64,000 nucleotides of DNA from Lytechinus pictus (lineage: Eukaryota), in NCBI RefSeq assembly GCF_037042905.1, contig NC_087250.1, forward strand, positions 20,710,001 to 20,774,000, in the 5' to 3' direction. The notes beneath the pieces are model-generated. The model worked only from the letters and a program-made list of their open reading frames with translations, made no database searches and was not told where the DNA came from. Both the position numbers and the translations under genes were made by a program. Shown piece after piece: positions 12,764 to 25,500 of the stretch. How positions within the stretch are numbered: position 1 is the first letter of the stretch; each line of letters begins with the position of its first letter.

Positions 12764-13067
12764 AATCGGATCACCACGGCTATGCACCTCTTGGCCTGGT
12801 GAGATTCGAATTATATTACACACAAACTTCAGCTCGGATGTAATTAAACTCTGTCTCCGAACTATAATATGATTTGTTATTGCACACCTTACCACTTACC
12901 ATTAATATTTATCATTTATATGCAAACTATCCCGGAAGCGGTTTTCTATTTAGAATTACCGAAAATCTTGACTACTTGAACCAGGCAACTGGATTTTCCG
13001 AGTTCAACTAGTCTTCTCGTGATTTATTCCGTCTTTTCGTCTACGCACAGTTTGAAGTCATTTTTAA

Positions 13068-13986
13068 TTTGAGAGACATTTCCCTATTTTTGAGCAAGCG
13101 GCAAGCGAATGCCAGTGCAATATCAAGAACCCATCATCACCGTCATCATCATCATCATCATCATCATAACCAACTTCATCATCATCATCATCATCATCAC
13201 CATCATCATCCTCATCATTGTGATCCTTATCTTCATCATAATCAACTTAAACTTCATCATCATCATCATCCTTATCATCATCATCTCTTATCATCACCAT
13301 CTTCATCATTATCATCCTTCATCATCATCATAATCAACTTCATCATCATCATCATCATCATCTTCATCATCACCATCTTCATCATTATCATCCTTCATCA
13401 TCATAATCAACTTCATCATCATCATCCTCATCACCATCCTCATCCTCATCATTGTGATCCTTATCTTCATCATAATCAACTTAAACTTCATCATCATCAT
13501 CATCTCTTATCATCACCATCTACATCATTATCATCCTTCATCATCATCATAATCAACTTCATCATCATCATCATCACCATCTTCATCATTATCATCCTTC
13601 ATCATCATAATCAACTTCATCATCATCATCCTCATCACCATCCTCATCCTCATCATTGTGATCCTTATCTTCATCATAATCAACTTAAACTTCATCATCA
13701 TCATCATCTCTTATCATCACCATCTTCATCATTATCATCCTTCATCATCATCATAATCAACTTCATCATCATCATCATCATCATCATCTTCATCATCACC
13801 ATCTTCATCATTATCATCCTTCATCATCATAATCAACTTCATCATCATCATCCTCATCATTGTGATCCTTATCTTCATCATAATCAACTTGAACTTCATC
13901 ATCATCATCTTCATCATCATCATCCTTATCATCATCACCATCTTCATCATTATCATCCTCCTTCTCCTCCTCCTCACCATCATCAT
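13068..13986 (+). repeat. L2-type LINE 3' tail followed by an expanded cryptic (CAT)n block with higher-order repeats
   Basis: 13068-13130 matches the L2 3' end at 29166-29243 (CCTATTTTTGAGCAAGCG...CAAGAACCCATC). Marker TGATCCTTATCTTCATCATAATCAACTT recurs at 13221, 13455, 13659 and 13863. Confidence 0.85.
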
Positions 13987-15973
13987 ATGGACGATGTCAT
14001 GCTTGAAAATGTGTGGAGAATTAAGCAAGTATGAAAGGAATCAGATTAAGAATTATTTCAAGATTTATTTGTTTTCCATCGACAAAATACTAACAGACAT
14101 TACAAAGTCAAATAATTACAGAAGTTTCAATCTAACACAGAAGTACAATATGATTAACATAATAAAAATATTAAGTATATTAAATCACGGACTGAATTTA
14201 GAACGAAGCGGTTTTACTAAAACAAATCTGTCTAAGCAAAAAAAAAGTAAACAAGCGGAGGAAGGGGCTTGCCTGAAAAGCAATGATTGTAATAGAGGCA
14301 AGCCCCCCTGTGATTAAGTTTTAACGTAAATATGGTAAGAATCTTTTGCACAATTTTTTTACCAAGAGAGAAAAGGGATAGAACAAATAAGACAGAGAAA
14401 AAGAGACCAAAACAAATAGACCCGTACTCAGAAGTCGGGTTTGATAATCTGATCTAAAGTTGTGATTTAACTATGGATAGCAAATATTGTGACATAAGAG
14501 TATACAATCATACAATCAGCTCATTTGACTCTCAACCCATTCTTAACTGTCTAAGAACGATGTCATTAAAAAATAACTGTCTTCACCATTGAAGAATTAG
14601 GAAGGAGCACACTAAACATAAGAAATATACCATGTGAACAAATTGGGCCATGTTCGGCTTGCCATAATTTTAGCAGAGTTAGACCTTGGTCTAAGTTAAG
14701 CCCTAGTACAGAATACAAATGCAAATAAAAAGCAAATAGAGGGATGCTGAACCCGTTGCCTGCTGGAACCTGATGAACCCTGTATAAAGCCTATGGGTTC
14801 CACAGATTTCAGAAGTCAACGGGCTAAAAGAGGAAGAGGGGAGGAAGTTAAAAAGGAGAATCCTTAAATGTAAACCCCTTTTATGCTTATCAAAGGACAA
14901 ATTGTGAAATCATCTATTTTGCAAACCAATTTCTACGAGTTTCATATTAAGAGGACATTACTCAGACTCCCAACCATGCCAACTGCAATATTCTGCCAAT
15001 AACCAAACTGCCAACCAATATAAGAGACCGTAGCCTAATAACATTGTTACAAAAAATATCCCAACTGCATCTAGAAAGAAAATAATATTTCATTTCTTCC
15101 ACTTCAAATAAATGAATTGACAATCACAAATCAAATGAAGATCTTGTACATTGATATAAAACAAAGATATATCTTACTATCAATGAGCCTGCAGATTTCG
15201 GATTACAAATGAAATGTTACTGTACAATTTAACAATGCCACAATATTTACAACTGTGCGATAATTCACCAATATCAAAAACATACAGGGAAATTGAAATC
15301 TTTGTCATGCTGTTTCAGCACTTGCGCCATCTACGACCAGGGCTTGATGAAACTAGAATTTCTTGAATATGCAATCATACATTATTAAATGGCCAAAAGT
15401 TATTTTGCAGTGAAACAATTTTCACATGAGATATATCAATGGTTATTGGGAAGTGAAAGATAGAATGCCATGAATGAGGTCGGTTCATGGCTTGAAATTT
15501 AAATGTTTACCTTAGATCTACCACCAGTATTGGTAAGATTTAGAAACAAAACGCTATTGTACAATATGTCTTAACACAGCCCATGGAATTTTTAAATATT
15601 TGTTTTGTCAACCTATGAATCAACCAGCCGTTGTCGAAGGATGTTTCAAAAAGAGGAAAGTGTGAATGATGGGCGTTGCAATGATACACTAACGATTAAT
15701 TGCTATAGTCTTTGCTTCTTGCAACATTGCTACAGCTAAAATTGAAGTAAAATTGCAAGAGAATATTTGCAACTAATTGTAAATAGTTTCTCGTAACTCT
15801 CCTTCAGATTCATTTTTCATAAACGCCAACGTGCAACGCGTGATTTGATTTATGGATACGCGATTCTAGTGCGCGTCCCGTGCGCATTGATTTAACCAAT
15901 GCGGTGAGGCGTAAATATACCACACGCAACTGAAATCAAAGCACGCTTTGTGAAACACCCCCTCGTTAAATGT

Positions 15974-16233
15974 TTACCATTTAATGACAATGTAAGACAC
16001 AAGGAGGGATGCCAAGAGAGCCGTGATGCTGATACTCAACCCCGGTGCGCCGTTGCAGAGATCACCGCTGCAAACGCAAGCATTTCCACTGCCAGAGACG
16101 AATTCAGTTCCGGCAGGCAGCATTGAGTTGATTATGGCTCGCTGGGCGTTTAGCTGGGCTTCGCTGGCTCTCTCACATTTGTTCGCATTCACCCCACAGT
16201 CCCGGAAAACCACATCTGTTGACACAGCCCCAA
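15974..16233 (-). CDS. Gene A exon 3 (C-terminal LU domain and GPI signal)
   Basis: Acceptor ttttttccatag, then (V)GAVSTDVVFRDCGVNANKC...ACVCSGDLCNGAPGLSISITALLASLLVSYIVIKW*. Confidence 0.9.
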
Positions 16234-19200
16234 CTATGGAAAAAAAAAAACATAATAACGGAATAGATTTTTAATGGATTTCATATATTCGAAACGAAAA
16301 GGTTGTCAAGCTTTCAAATAGCGCTCTGGGAAAATAACTATTGGTGTCATAAACAAGACAAAAATCAAAAGAAAAGAAAAGTAAAATAGGTGAAACATTG
16401 CGTAAGCGGTATAGTTTAAAAAAGGTCGCGAACGAAGAAATCGAGTGAGTGAAATTTCACGGCAGAGACAATTTTTTCGGCATCACCAATTTTTCCAAAG
16501 GGTAGATAGCTCTGGGGAACCTTGATTTAAGATACGCCTACCATTGTTCTCTTCATTCATTTCTTTACAATATTTAAAATAAAAAGAGTTACCAAAGCTG
16601 TTGTACATGTATAACTTCACACATTTGTATACTTTCTCCCATACGTGTACTGTATCAAAGCAATAGCTTTGATCCAGCTGAGGCATGGCGGCTTGTCATT
16701 GTTCAAAACCCACCTTCACCCGACAAAGGAAATTATAATTGGTATAGTGTCGAAAATCTGTCTATCTGACGGTCAATCGAATCGGGGTCGCCCTAGCCAC
16801 TAACCCGTCTCTGTGGTCTAGTGGTTAAGGCACCGGCGTTCAAAGCTGGGGGCCCGGGTTCGATTCCCGGCAGAGACATTTTTTCGGCATCACCAATTTT
16901 TCCAATGGGTAGATAGCTCTGGGGAACCTTGATTTAAGCTACGTCTACCATTGTTCTCTTCATCCATTTCTTTACAATATATATATATATATATTTCTCT
17001 TCATTTCTTTCACAACATATTTAACCCTTTGCGTGCGACGGGCTTCCACAGAAGCCCAGTGAGTCGTTCACTTAGCTACGACGGGCTTCTACAGAAGCCG
17101 AGATTTGTTTGGTTTAATTCGATGAAGTTTTTCAGCTTTTTCGTAATTGTTATGTACTAAAACCTTTCCCACTATTTCCTTTATAAACCTATTTCGACAA
17201 TCAAATGAAAAAAATACACAGCTACGTGGAGAAAAATCCCTAAAATAGGAAATCATTTCAACTTTACCCGAATTTTTCGTTGGAGTCAGACGGGGAGGAT
17301 AAATTTTGTGACGTGCACGTACGCGCGCGCACACTAGGCCTGATCACGTGATTTGATCCATATCGTTGTTTTGAAAGATAAGCTAAAATCATTTCTGGAA
17401 GATCGTCAGGTAATAACCTACGCGTTTATTCACGATTTTCGTCTTATTTGTTTCATCAAGACGATATCACTCTAGATAGAATGATATCTCCTTGGTTTCA
17501 TCGATCGATTGTATTTTCAGAAAAACAAAAAGCTTGTAATGTCTTTTTAGTACTTTGAGCTGATCGCGGTGCACTTTTGAACTTTTTCCCTCCCCATCAT
17601 CCCTCATTTATTTTTTTCTAAAAAAAGAAGAGAAAAGAAAGCAGTTTAGCACACCATTTATCTTATGCTCTTTTCAAAAGGGAAACGTCCATGTAGTTCA
17701 TGATATCGGCACTACCGAAACAAAAGAATGTCTGGGCGGCAACTCAAACAAATTCCTTCCGAAAAGAGCAGGATACAGATGGTCAACGCCCCGAACAAAA
17801 GGAAGATTAGCGTTTATCGGCAAGATTACCTATTGAATGCCCTTCGTACTTAGCAATACAACAAGTTTTTATGAATACTTTTCCGACCAACATACTTTAT
17901 CTAAAAAAAAGAAAACAAAGTTGTCTCAATTACCAACAAAACAGGTGCTTATGACATCGGTCAGTGATCCATTTTGCATAAAAGCGCTTCCCCTGGGTTA
18001 TGATGCATATGAGGATGAAAGAAGAATCATTTAGGGAAATTATAGAAAAAAAAATGTTTATATGTCACGGTGAACGAGAGAGAATGAGAGACAGAGACGG
18101 CTAATAAAAATATATTATTTAATTCATGTCAATATACAGAATGAATTTATAATAGGTTAGGTTCTAAAAGCTCTTTATCTTATTCTCCTTTTTTCTCCCA
18201 GATGATTTTTTTTGCATTGAAAAGTTGACGGAAACATTATCACTTCAAATTATAAAACCAACAATGAACTAAGTTTCCTCGCCTGAAATGGAGGAGATAG
18301 AATGATATATGATGAGAAATTACGTTAAGGCACCCACTATAAAGAAAACGCGTTTGTCTGGCGTGTCACCAGACAGAACCCGCTCAATCCTACAAACTTT
18401 TATTCATGTGTGACCTACACCCCCCCCCCCCAAAAAAAAAGGTTGATACCGACCCAAATTTTATTGATTTTCCTACTTTTTCGCGAATTTCTTTTTTTTA
18501 CCGGCGAATTGCGTGGTAGAAAAGATTTCATATAGAAAAAAATTGTTTCCTTTACTGCAAACATTTGGGGCGCTTACCCTGGTTAGCATATAAACCAAAA
18601 TATCTGATTTTTAAAATAAAAAACAGGGGCCGCTGAGCGCTTTGATAATGGAGGGGTTGAGCTGAATGTGGGAGGGAGTGGACTTGCCAAAAAATCACAA
18701 ATTTATATAGACTTCGGATTTTTTTGTACATGTTTGCTGAAAGGGGTGAGGACTGAAACTTCCTACCAACTCCGCAGCCTCTGTACTATTAGATAGAGAC
18801 AAAAATGAATTCTAACTATTAGGAATGTTTTTTTTATTTATTACTTTGTTTTCGGTTGTGAAACCAATGAGACAAATTGAAAATAGAACAAAACGAAAGA
18901 ACAAATAAAAAAAACCTTTTATTGCGTAGGCTATAATTTATTCAAGAAAAAAATACTTTCTCTTAATTTCAGTAATTGCTAGCATGGCTCTTTTTGAGGG
19001 AATAGTAAGATAAAGAAAGAAACGTAGAAAGTGACAAGAAGAGAGTTGGGAGGTATGATTTTTTACTCATAATTTTAGTCACTTTTATTCGATTTAACTC
19101 TTTGAAATAATTTCAGGATATTACAAATCGAATACCGGTGCGCAAAGCTCAGGAACAAAATTATTTTATTATTATAATAGCTGCGTGGAAAATCGAATTA

Positions 19201-22200
19201 AATGAGACATTTGATTTATGAAAAAAAATATAAAAAAAGAAAATTACTTTTAGTGAAAGATTGAGGTCTCTGTCTTGCCATAACCCTAAGCCCCAAGTTC
19301 ACAAAAAATAGTTTAGTTGTGCATTTTCATACGATGATGATCATCATCGTATTGTCTTTTGCGAAGATATCTACCCACGTTATCAATATAGAAAATGGAA
19401 GATGATACAGAATTTATTATGAAATGACAGTAACAATAGTAATTTTAAAAGGTTTTCGGGACATTATTTGAGAAACTGGGGGAAAACCCCCCAAAAATTT
19501 CGACATAATGACCACAATGCAATAGGACGAGAGGCCCATCTCCGATACAAGTTGGTAAAAACGAGGCATTCTCTCGGAAGCGTTTCCGATGAAGAGAGAG
19601 GGAGAGAGAGGGGAGGGAGACGTTAGATGTAATGTAAAATGACAGGTACTGAGAAGGAAAAATCAGAGAGAAAGGATTGGGGGGATGGGGGCGGGTATAT
19701 ACCTCGTAATCCAAATCGGGAAGACGGAAGACGATATGTACAGATATAATTTAAATGAGAAGAACTCAGAGAAAAAAGGTGTAGAAGGGAGGGGCATAGA
19801 AAGACGATAGATATAAGGGAATGAAAGCGGTAGATAATACATTCAGTTTATAGGTTAGAAACCAGAGAAAGGGAAAACGAAGAAATCCCTTATTGGTACC
19901 GTTTTATAAATACATTATACATGTACATTTTATATTGACAAATGCGCAAAAATTAAACACATTTACCATCCGCCAGTCAAATAGGAGGATTTCAGTAGCT
20001 TTTAAGTGTTATTGAAAATTAGTAAACAAATTTTATATAAAACGGGCCCCTGGTAATTTTTTGAACCCCCACCCCCTCCCGCTTTCCCTCGTTCTCTCAT
20101 CCGATATTGCTCTTATTTTTGTCTTCTATTTCAAAGGAAACAAACAGAAAATAAAGGAATTTAGAACACCGTCTATCCTCCGCTCTTTTGAAAATGAAAA
20201 CGTCCATGCAGTTCTTGGTCTCGGCAGTCCCCAAACAAAAGAAATTCATGGCGGACACTCAAACAAATTCCTTATAAAAAGAGCAGGGGACAAATAGCCA
20301 ACACCCTGGATAAAGGAAGATTAGTGTATTTCGTCAGGATAATATTTAGCAATACAAAAAGTTATTAGGAATATTGCTTTTCATATTAGGACAGCAACAT
20401 TAAAAAAGTAAATGATTACTCAATTTATATTGACAACACATGCAGGCGCTTAAAACATGGCAAGAACATTTTCTTCTTGAGCATGACAGTGCTTTCTTCA
20501 CAAAAAAACACAATTTCCCCTGGATGATGATACACATAGGGATGGAAGAAGATGCAAGTGAGATTAAAAAAAGAATAGAAAATGCAAATCGAGATACATC
20601 TATAGGAGAATAATAAAACGACAGAAAGGATGGAAGGGAAAAAAGAGGAAATAGACCAAAAAGGTATAATGTAAACCATAATGTGCGCTTTTGCTATTGC
20701 ATGAATATTTACTTAAAAAGAATTATAGAATACTAGTCCCCCACCTCAATTTGTAATTCACGCCATTTTATAGAATGAATTTGTCATGTTAGGTTTTGGA
20801 AGCTCTTCATCTCATTCTCTCCTTCTCTCCCATGTGAAAATGTTTGCACTGAAAATTCGACAAAGCATAATCAGTTCAAACGCTAAAACTAACAATGAAC
20901 TAAAAGTTTCCTCGCCGGAAATTGATGAAATAGAATGATAATTTACGTTGAGGCATCCATCTGAAAAAACCATGTTTGTTTGACGTGTCCCGACAAACCC
21001 CTCTCAATCTTGCACCTACCCCCCCCCCCTAAAAATGTTATTATTTTTTTTTGTCTTTTGTTTTTCTGCCGAATAGCGTAGCAGAAAAGGATCCATTTAA
21101 AGAAAAAAAAAGACAGGTTGACCTTATATTTTTTACGGCAAACATACTATTGGGGCGCTTACCCTGGTGAGCTTCAAAACTCAAATATTTAAAAAAAAAT
21201 TGATAAATAAAAGGGACCGCTAAGCGTTTTTTATAATGGAGGGGTTGAGCTGAATGTGCGAGGGAGTGATCGGCCCCTAAAAATCATAAATTTATGGACT
21301 TCGCGTTTTTGTATACGTTTGCTGAATGGGGAGGGGGGGGTGGACTGACGCCTCCTACCGACTCCAACGCATCTGTATTTAATTGAACGATTAAAAAGAT
21401 AGAGACAAAACGGGATACAAATCTTTCTTTATTTATTACTTTTGTTTTCGGTTGTGAAAAAATCCAGAACGGTTAAAAACGAATAAAATGAAAGAACAAA
21501 ATAAAACACTTTTGAATTAAAAGCATCTGAATTAAATTTAGATGCTACCATTTCAGTAAATAAAAATAATTTACTTTCTCTCATTGTGACAAAGAGTAAT
21601 CGGTAGCATGGTTGTTTTGGAGGGAAAAGGGAGATAGAAAAATGAAACGTAGAACGAGACAAGGAGAGCGTTTGGAGGTATGATTTCAGATCCACTATAT
21701 ATTTGAGTCATATTTACCCCCTTCGCTCTTTGAAATTGCAACAGGAAAACAAATCGAAGACAGGTATGCAATCTTCAGGAACAAAATTATTTTTTTATTA
21801 CAAACTATAATTCATGAAAAGAAGAAGCCAAAGGCGATTTTTAGTGAAACATTGAGGCCACCGTCTTGTAGCCCAGAAGCCAAAAATCACAAAATAGTTT
21901 CGGACTTTCGTTGCGCAGCATCATCATCGTACTTGCAAGGGAATATTCACCCTTTTTTATTCATTCTGGAAAATGAGGTATTTGGTATGCTGTGATTTTA
22001 CCCAAAACGGATTATCGTCGCAATTATACACTTTGCAAATGATCTGTATACAAGGGGGTAAAGAGACCTTTCATGAGTAGCGTGACAATAGACAATGAAA
22101 AAAGCACCAGAGCAGACAACAAAGCGGTATCGATCGAACCCGACTCGTCCGCGAGTGCTGATTGCCCTTACGCATTTTTGTACACACTGCCTATTGACTT

Positions 22201-22521
22201 GGGAAAAAGCGAAGATTTTACAAAAAAACACGACTTTTTCCTCATAAATTTCTTAACTATTCTGTTGATTTGAGAAGCGAGACCTTTAATTCTAGAAAGA
22301 AAAATATCTGACCTTTCATCTTTACATTTACTAAAAATCCTGAAAATACTTCAGTTTGTCGCAATTAGCAATAGATTAGGAAAACACCGCCACAGATCCA
22401 TATACCAGCAATGTACAAAAACAGCTCCGCCGCAGGGAGAGGTATCCGGTTTCGCGGGCCCGCACGCAAAGGGTTAAATACAAAGAGTTGCCAAAGCTGT
22501 TGTACATGTATAATGTATCAT

Positions 22522-22571
<50 letters not shown>

Positions 22572-25500
22572 CTCATGAGAAAGAGACATATCTCACCAAC
22601 AAATTAATGCGAGCGCGAAGCGTGAGCTGATTTTTTTTTAATATACTGACGTGACAACAAGAAAAGGGTGCCTTTTTAGGACTGTTTGTATAACTCATGA
22701 GGATAGATACGTGTATCTCACTACACAGATAATGCGAGTGCCGAGAGCGAGCTGAAATTTCTTTATATTCTGACCTGAAAACTTGATATTCTAAGCATTT
22801 TTGGTACCAATGATTAAGATGGGTATCTAAAAGAACAATAGATGCGAGCGCGAAGCGCGAGCTGAAAATGTTGATATTTCGATCCGAAAAAAATGACAGT
22901 TTAATGGACGTTTTTAATAAAGAACAAGATCCAACAAAAGAGTATTGCAAATCGAAGCGGGAGTTCTTTTGAGGTTTAGAACTGAAAGCGGGACATTTTA
23001 TTCACCCATTTAATCATGAAAAGTATGGGTTTTTGCTACAGAAATGATTCCAGCGCGTAGCGCGAGCTGATTTTTTTTGTTTTCCAATCTGAAAAACAGA
23101 AAGTTTGAGCAATATTTTAAATAAAGAACGAGGTTGTTTACCAATCTCGCTTGCTGATTTATGTGTAACAATACAATCTTATTTTATTTTTGCACATGCA
23201 GAATTATTTTGAGGGGGGGGGGGGGGGCAAATGATATGTTTGCCCCCCCCCCCATATTTTCATTGGTAGGGCGATCGCCCCCTGCCCCCAGGATCGACGC
23301 CTCTGGTTATGAATATTGATTAGGCGGGCTGATGATGTTATATCCCCACTTGTTCTTTTGTATTTTAATATATGAAATTAGGTTTATTCAAAAATTGTCT
23401 ATCAAGAACTAAAACAATTGTATTGACAACGGATTAAGCGCATTAGTTATTTTTGCCACAACGTATTTCATCGTAATAGAGACACATCATTTACACATGC
23501 TTGAAAAAATGAAACATTTATGATTTCATGTAATAACATAAGAAAAAAGAAAGTGGGGATGTGACATCATCAGCCCATCTAATGAATATTCAGTATCTTG
23601 TGGATATAACTGTTCTATAACTTCGTTATTTGTTATCCGATTTTGATGACATTTTCAGGATTTTGCTCTGTAAATGTAACTTTTTTTGATTTAGATATAA
23701 ATATTTTCAGTCTTGACCATCCCTTTAATTAAAAAAATGCATTCTTTTAATGTATTTCCAGATAATTAACAAATGATAATCAAATGTGGTCCCTTTTCCT
23801 TCCCTCTCTTTCCACATTTCGCTTCTTGTCCTCTTCTTGTCTTGTAACTTGGTTAATAGTTAGAAATAACCGCCCAAAAGGCCTAATTAGACGATATATT
23901 TTACTTCATTTCCTTTCCAATATCGAAAAATCAGACACAATTCGAGTGAGATAGAGGAAAGAGAAAGGATAACGCAAAACGTATAATAGGCATGTGATAA
24001 AAGCGGTGAAAGGGGGGGGGGGGGGTGGAGGGGTTAAATGGATACTCCGGGCTGAAAATATTTACATAAATAGTTTAAAAATTCACAGAGCAAAATGCTG
24101 ATAATTTTTATCAAAATCTGATGAGAAAAAGGGAAATTCTTGCATTTCAAATTTTAGCAATATAATGTAAAAAAACAGTTCTGCACGACGTCATTAATAT
24201 TCATTAGATGGACTGATGACGCCACACTCCACTCTCCTTTTTCTTATGTAATTACATGAAATTATAATTGTTTCATTTTTTCATATATATATATATGTGT
24301 GAATGATATGTCTCCGTTGTAAGGAAGTTGCAACAATGTATATCTTATGCACATAATTGGTTGTTATTCCAATATTTTTTATTCTTTAAGAAAAGAAAAA
24401 TGAATAAACCTGATTTCATATACTAAAATCCAAAAGAGCAAGGGGGGATATGACATCATTTTGTTCATTAAATACTCAAGATTAGCCTAGAACTGTTTCC
24501 CTGTACTAATGCAAATCTTTAAAAGGCATAACTTTGTTATTCTCTGTCCGAGTTTTGATCACATTGTCAGTGTTTTGTTTGTCAGATTTTTCTTTATCTG
24601 TTCAAATCATATTATTTTCAGCCTGGAGCGCCCTTTAGAGGTAAGAGATGATCATAAAAGCGAAGATATAAATGTTTTAATCTACATCAACCATAGGCGG
24701 ATCCAGGGGGGGGGGGGGGCGAGGGGCCCCCCCCCCCCTATTGGCGGAGCAAAAAAAAGAAAAACAAAGAAAAAAAGGGAAAAGAGGAGAAAAAAGAAGA
24801 GGAGGAAGACGAGTGAAAAAAATATTAACATGAGGGGAAGACATGGAAAATAAAAAGAATCTTTCGTGTCACTATATAAAATTTTGCTCGCGTTTCGCGC
24901 TCGCAATGCCTGTTAGGTGATTTAAATAACTTGTTCAATATGGAGCTTAAATATCAAGTTTGGAAGTCAATATACAAAACATATTTCACCTTGGAAATCA
25001 AACTTTCATTATTTTGTGTGATTTACAAATTGATTTGTATAAAGTGCTCTGTAAAAACGTCAGTTTTATGGTCTGAATATTGACATTTTCTGCTCGCGCG
25101 CTCGCAAATTTTGATTTATCAGGTACTTATTATTTTCGTGTATTCCATAAAGTTTAGAAAAAAATCCCTTTTCAGGTCTGATTGTCAAAACGTATCAGCT
25201 ATAGCGCTGCGAGCTCGCATTTTGATTGGAGAGTTATGTATGTGTTAATATTGATTACACAACAAACTACTTAAAATCCCCTTTTCATGACAGTTAATCA
25301 AAAATTTCGGCTTGCGATTTGCACTTGCATTAATTCCGCACCCTCATTATGCATTAATAGATAATATATTAATCTAATAATTAAATTGTCCCTTTTGTTT
25401 CATCTCGCGCTTAGCAAGAGGAATATATGATGACATATGACATGTCCTAAGGATGTCCCGGTCCTATGTCAAAACTCAAAATAATGATAAACAATATCAG

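Noticed and set aside
13069..14034. 321-aa His/Ile-rich ORF
   Set aside because: It is a by-product of a degenerate (CAT)n expansion from a LINE tail, has a non-ATG start and shows no domain or splice support.
16807..16878. Selenocysteine tRNA gene
   Set aside because: It has a 4-nt variable loop and a canonical 7-bp acceptor / 5-bp T stem, whereas tRNA-Sec has a long variable arm and extended acceptor and D stems.
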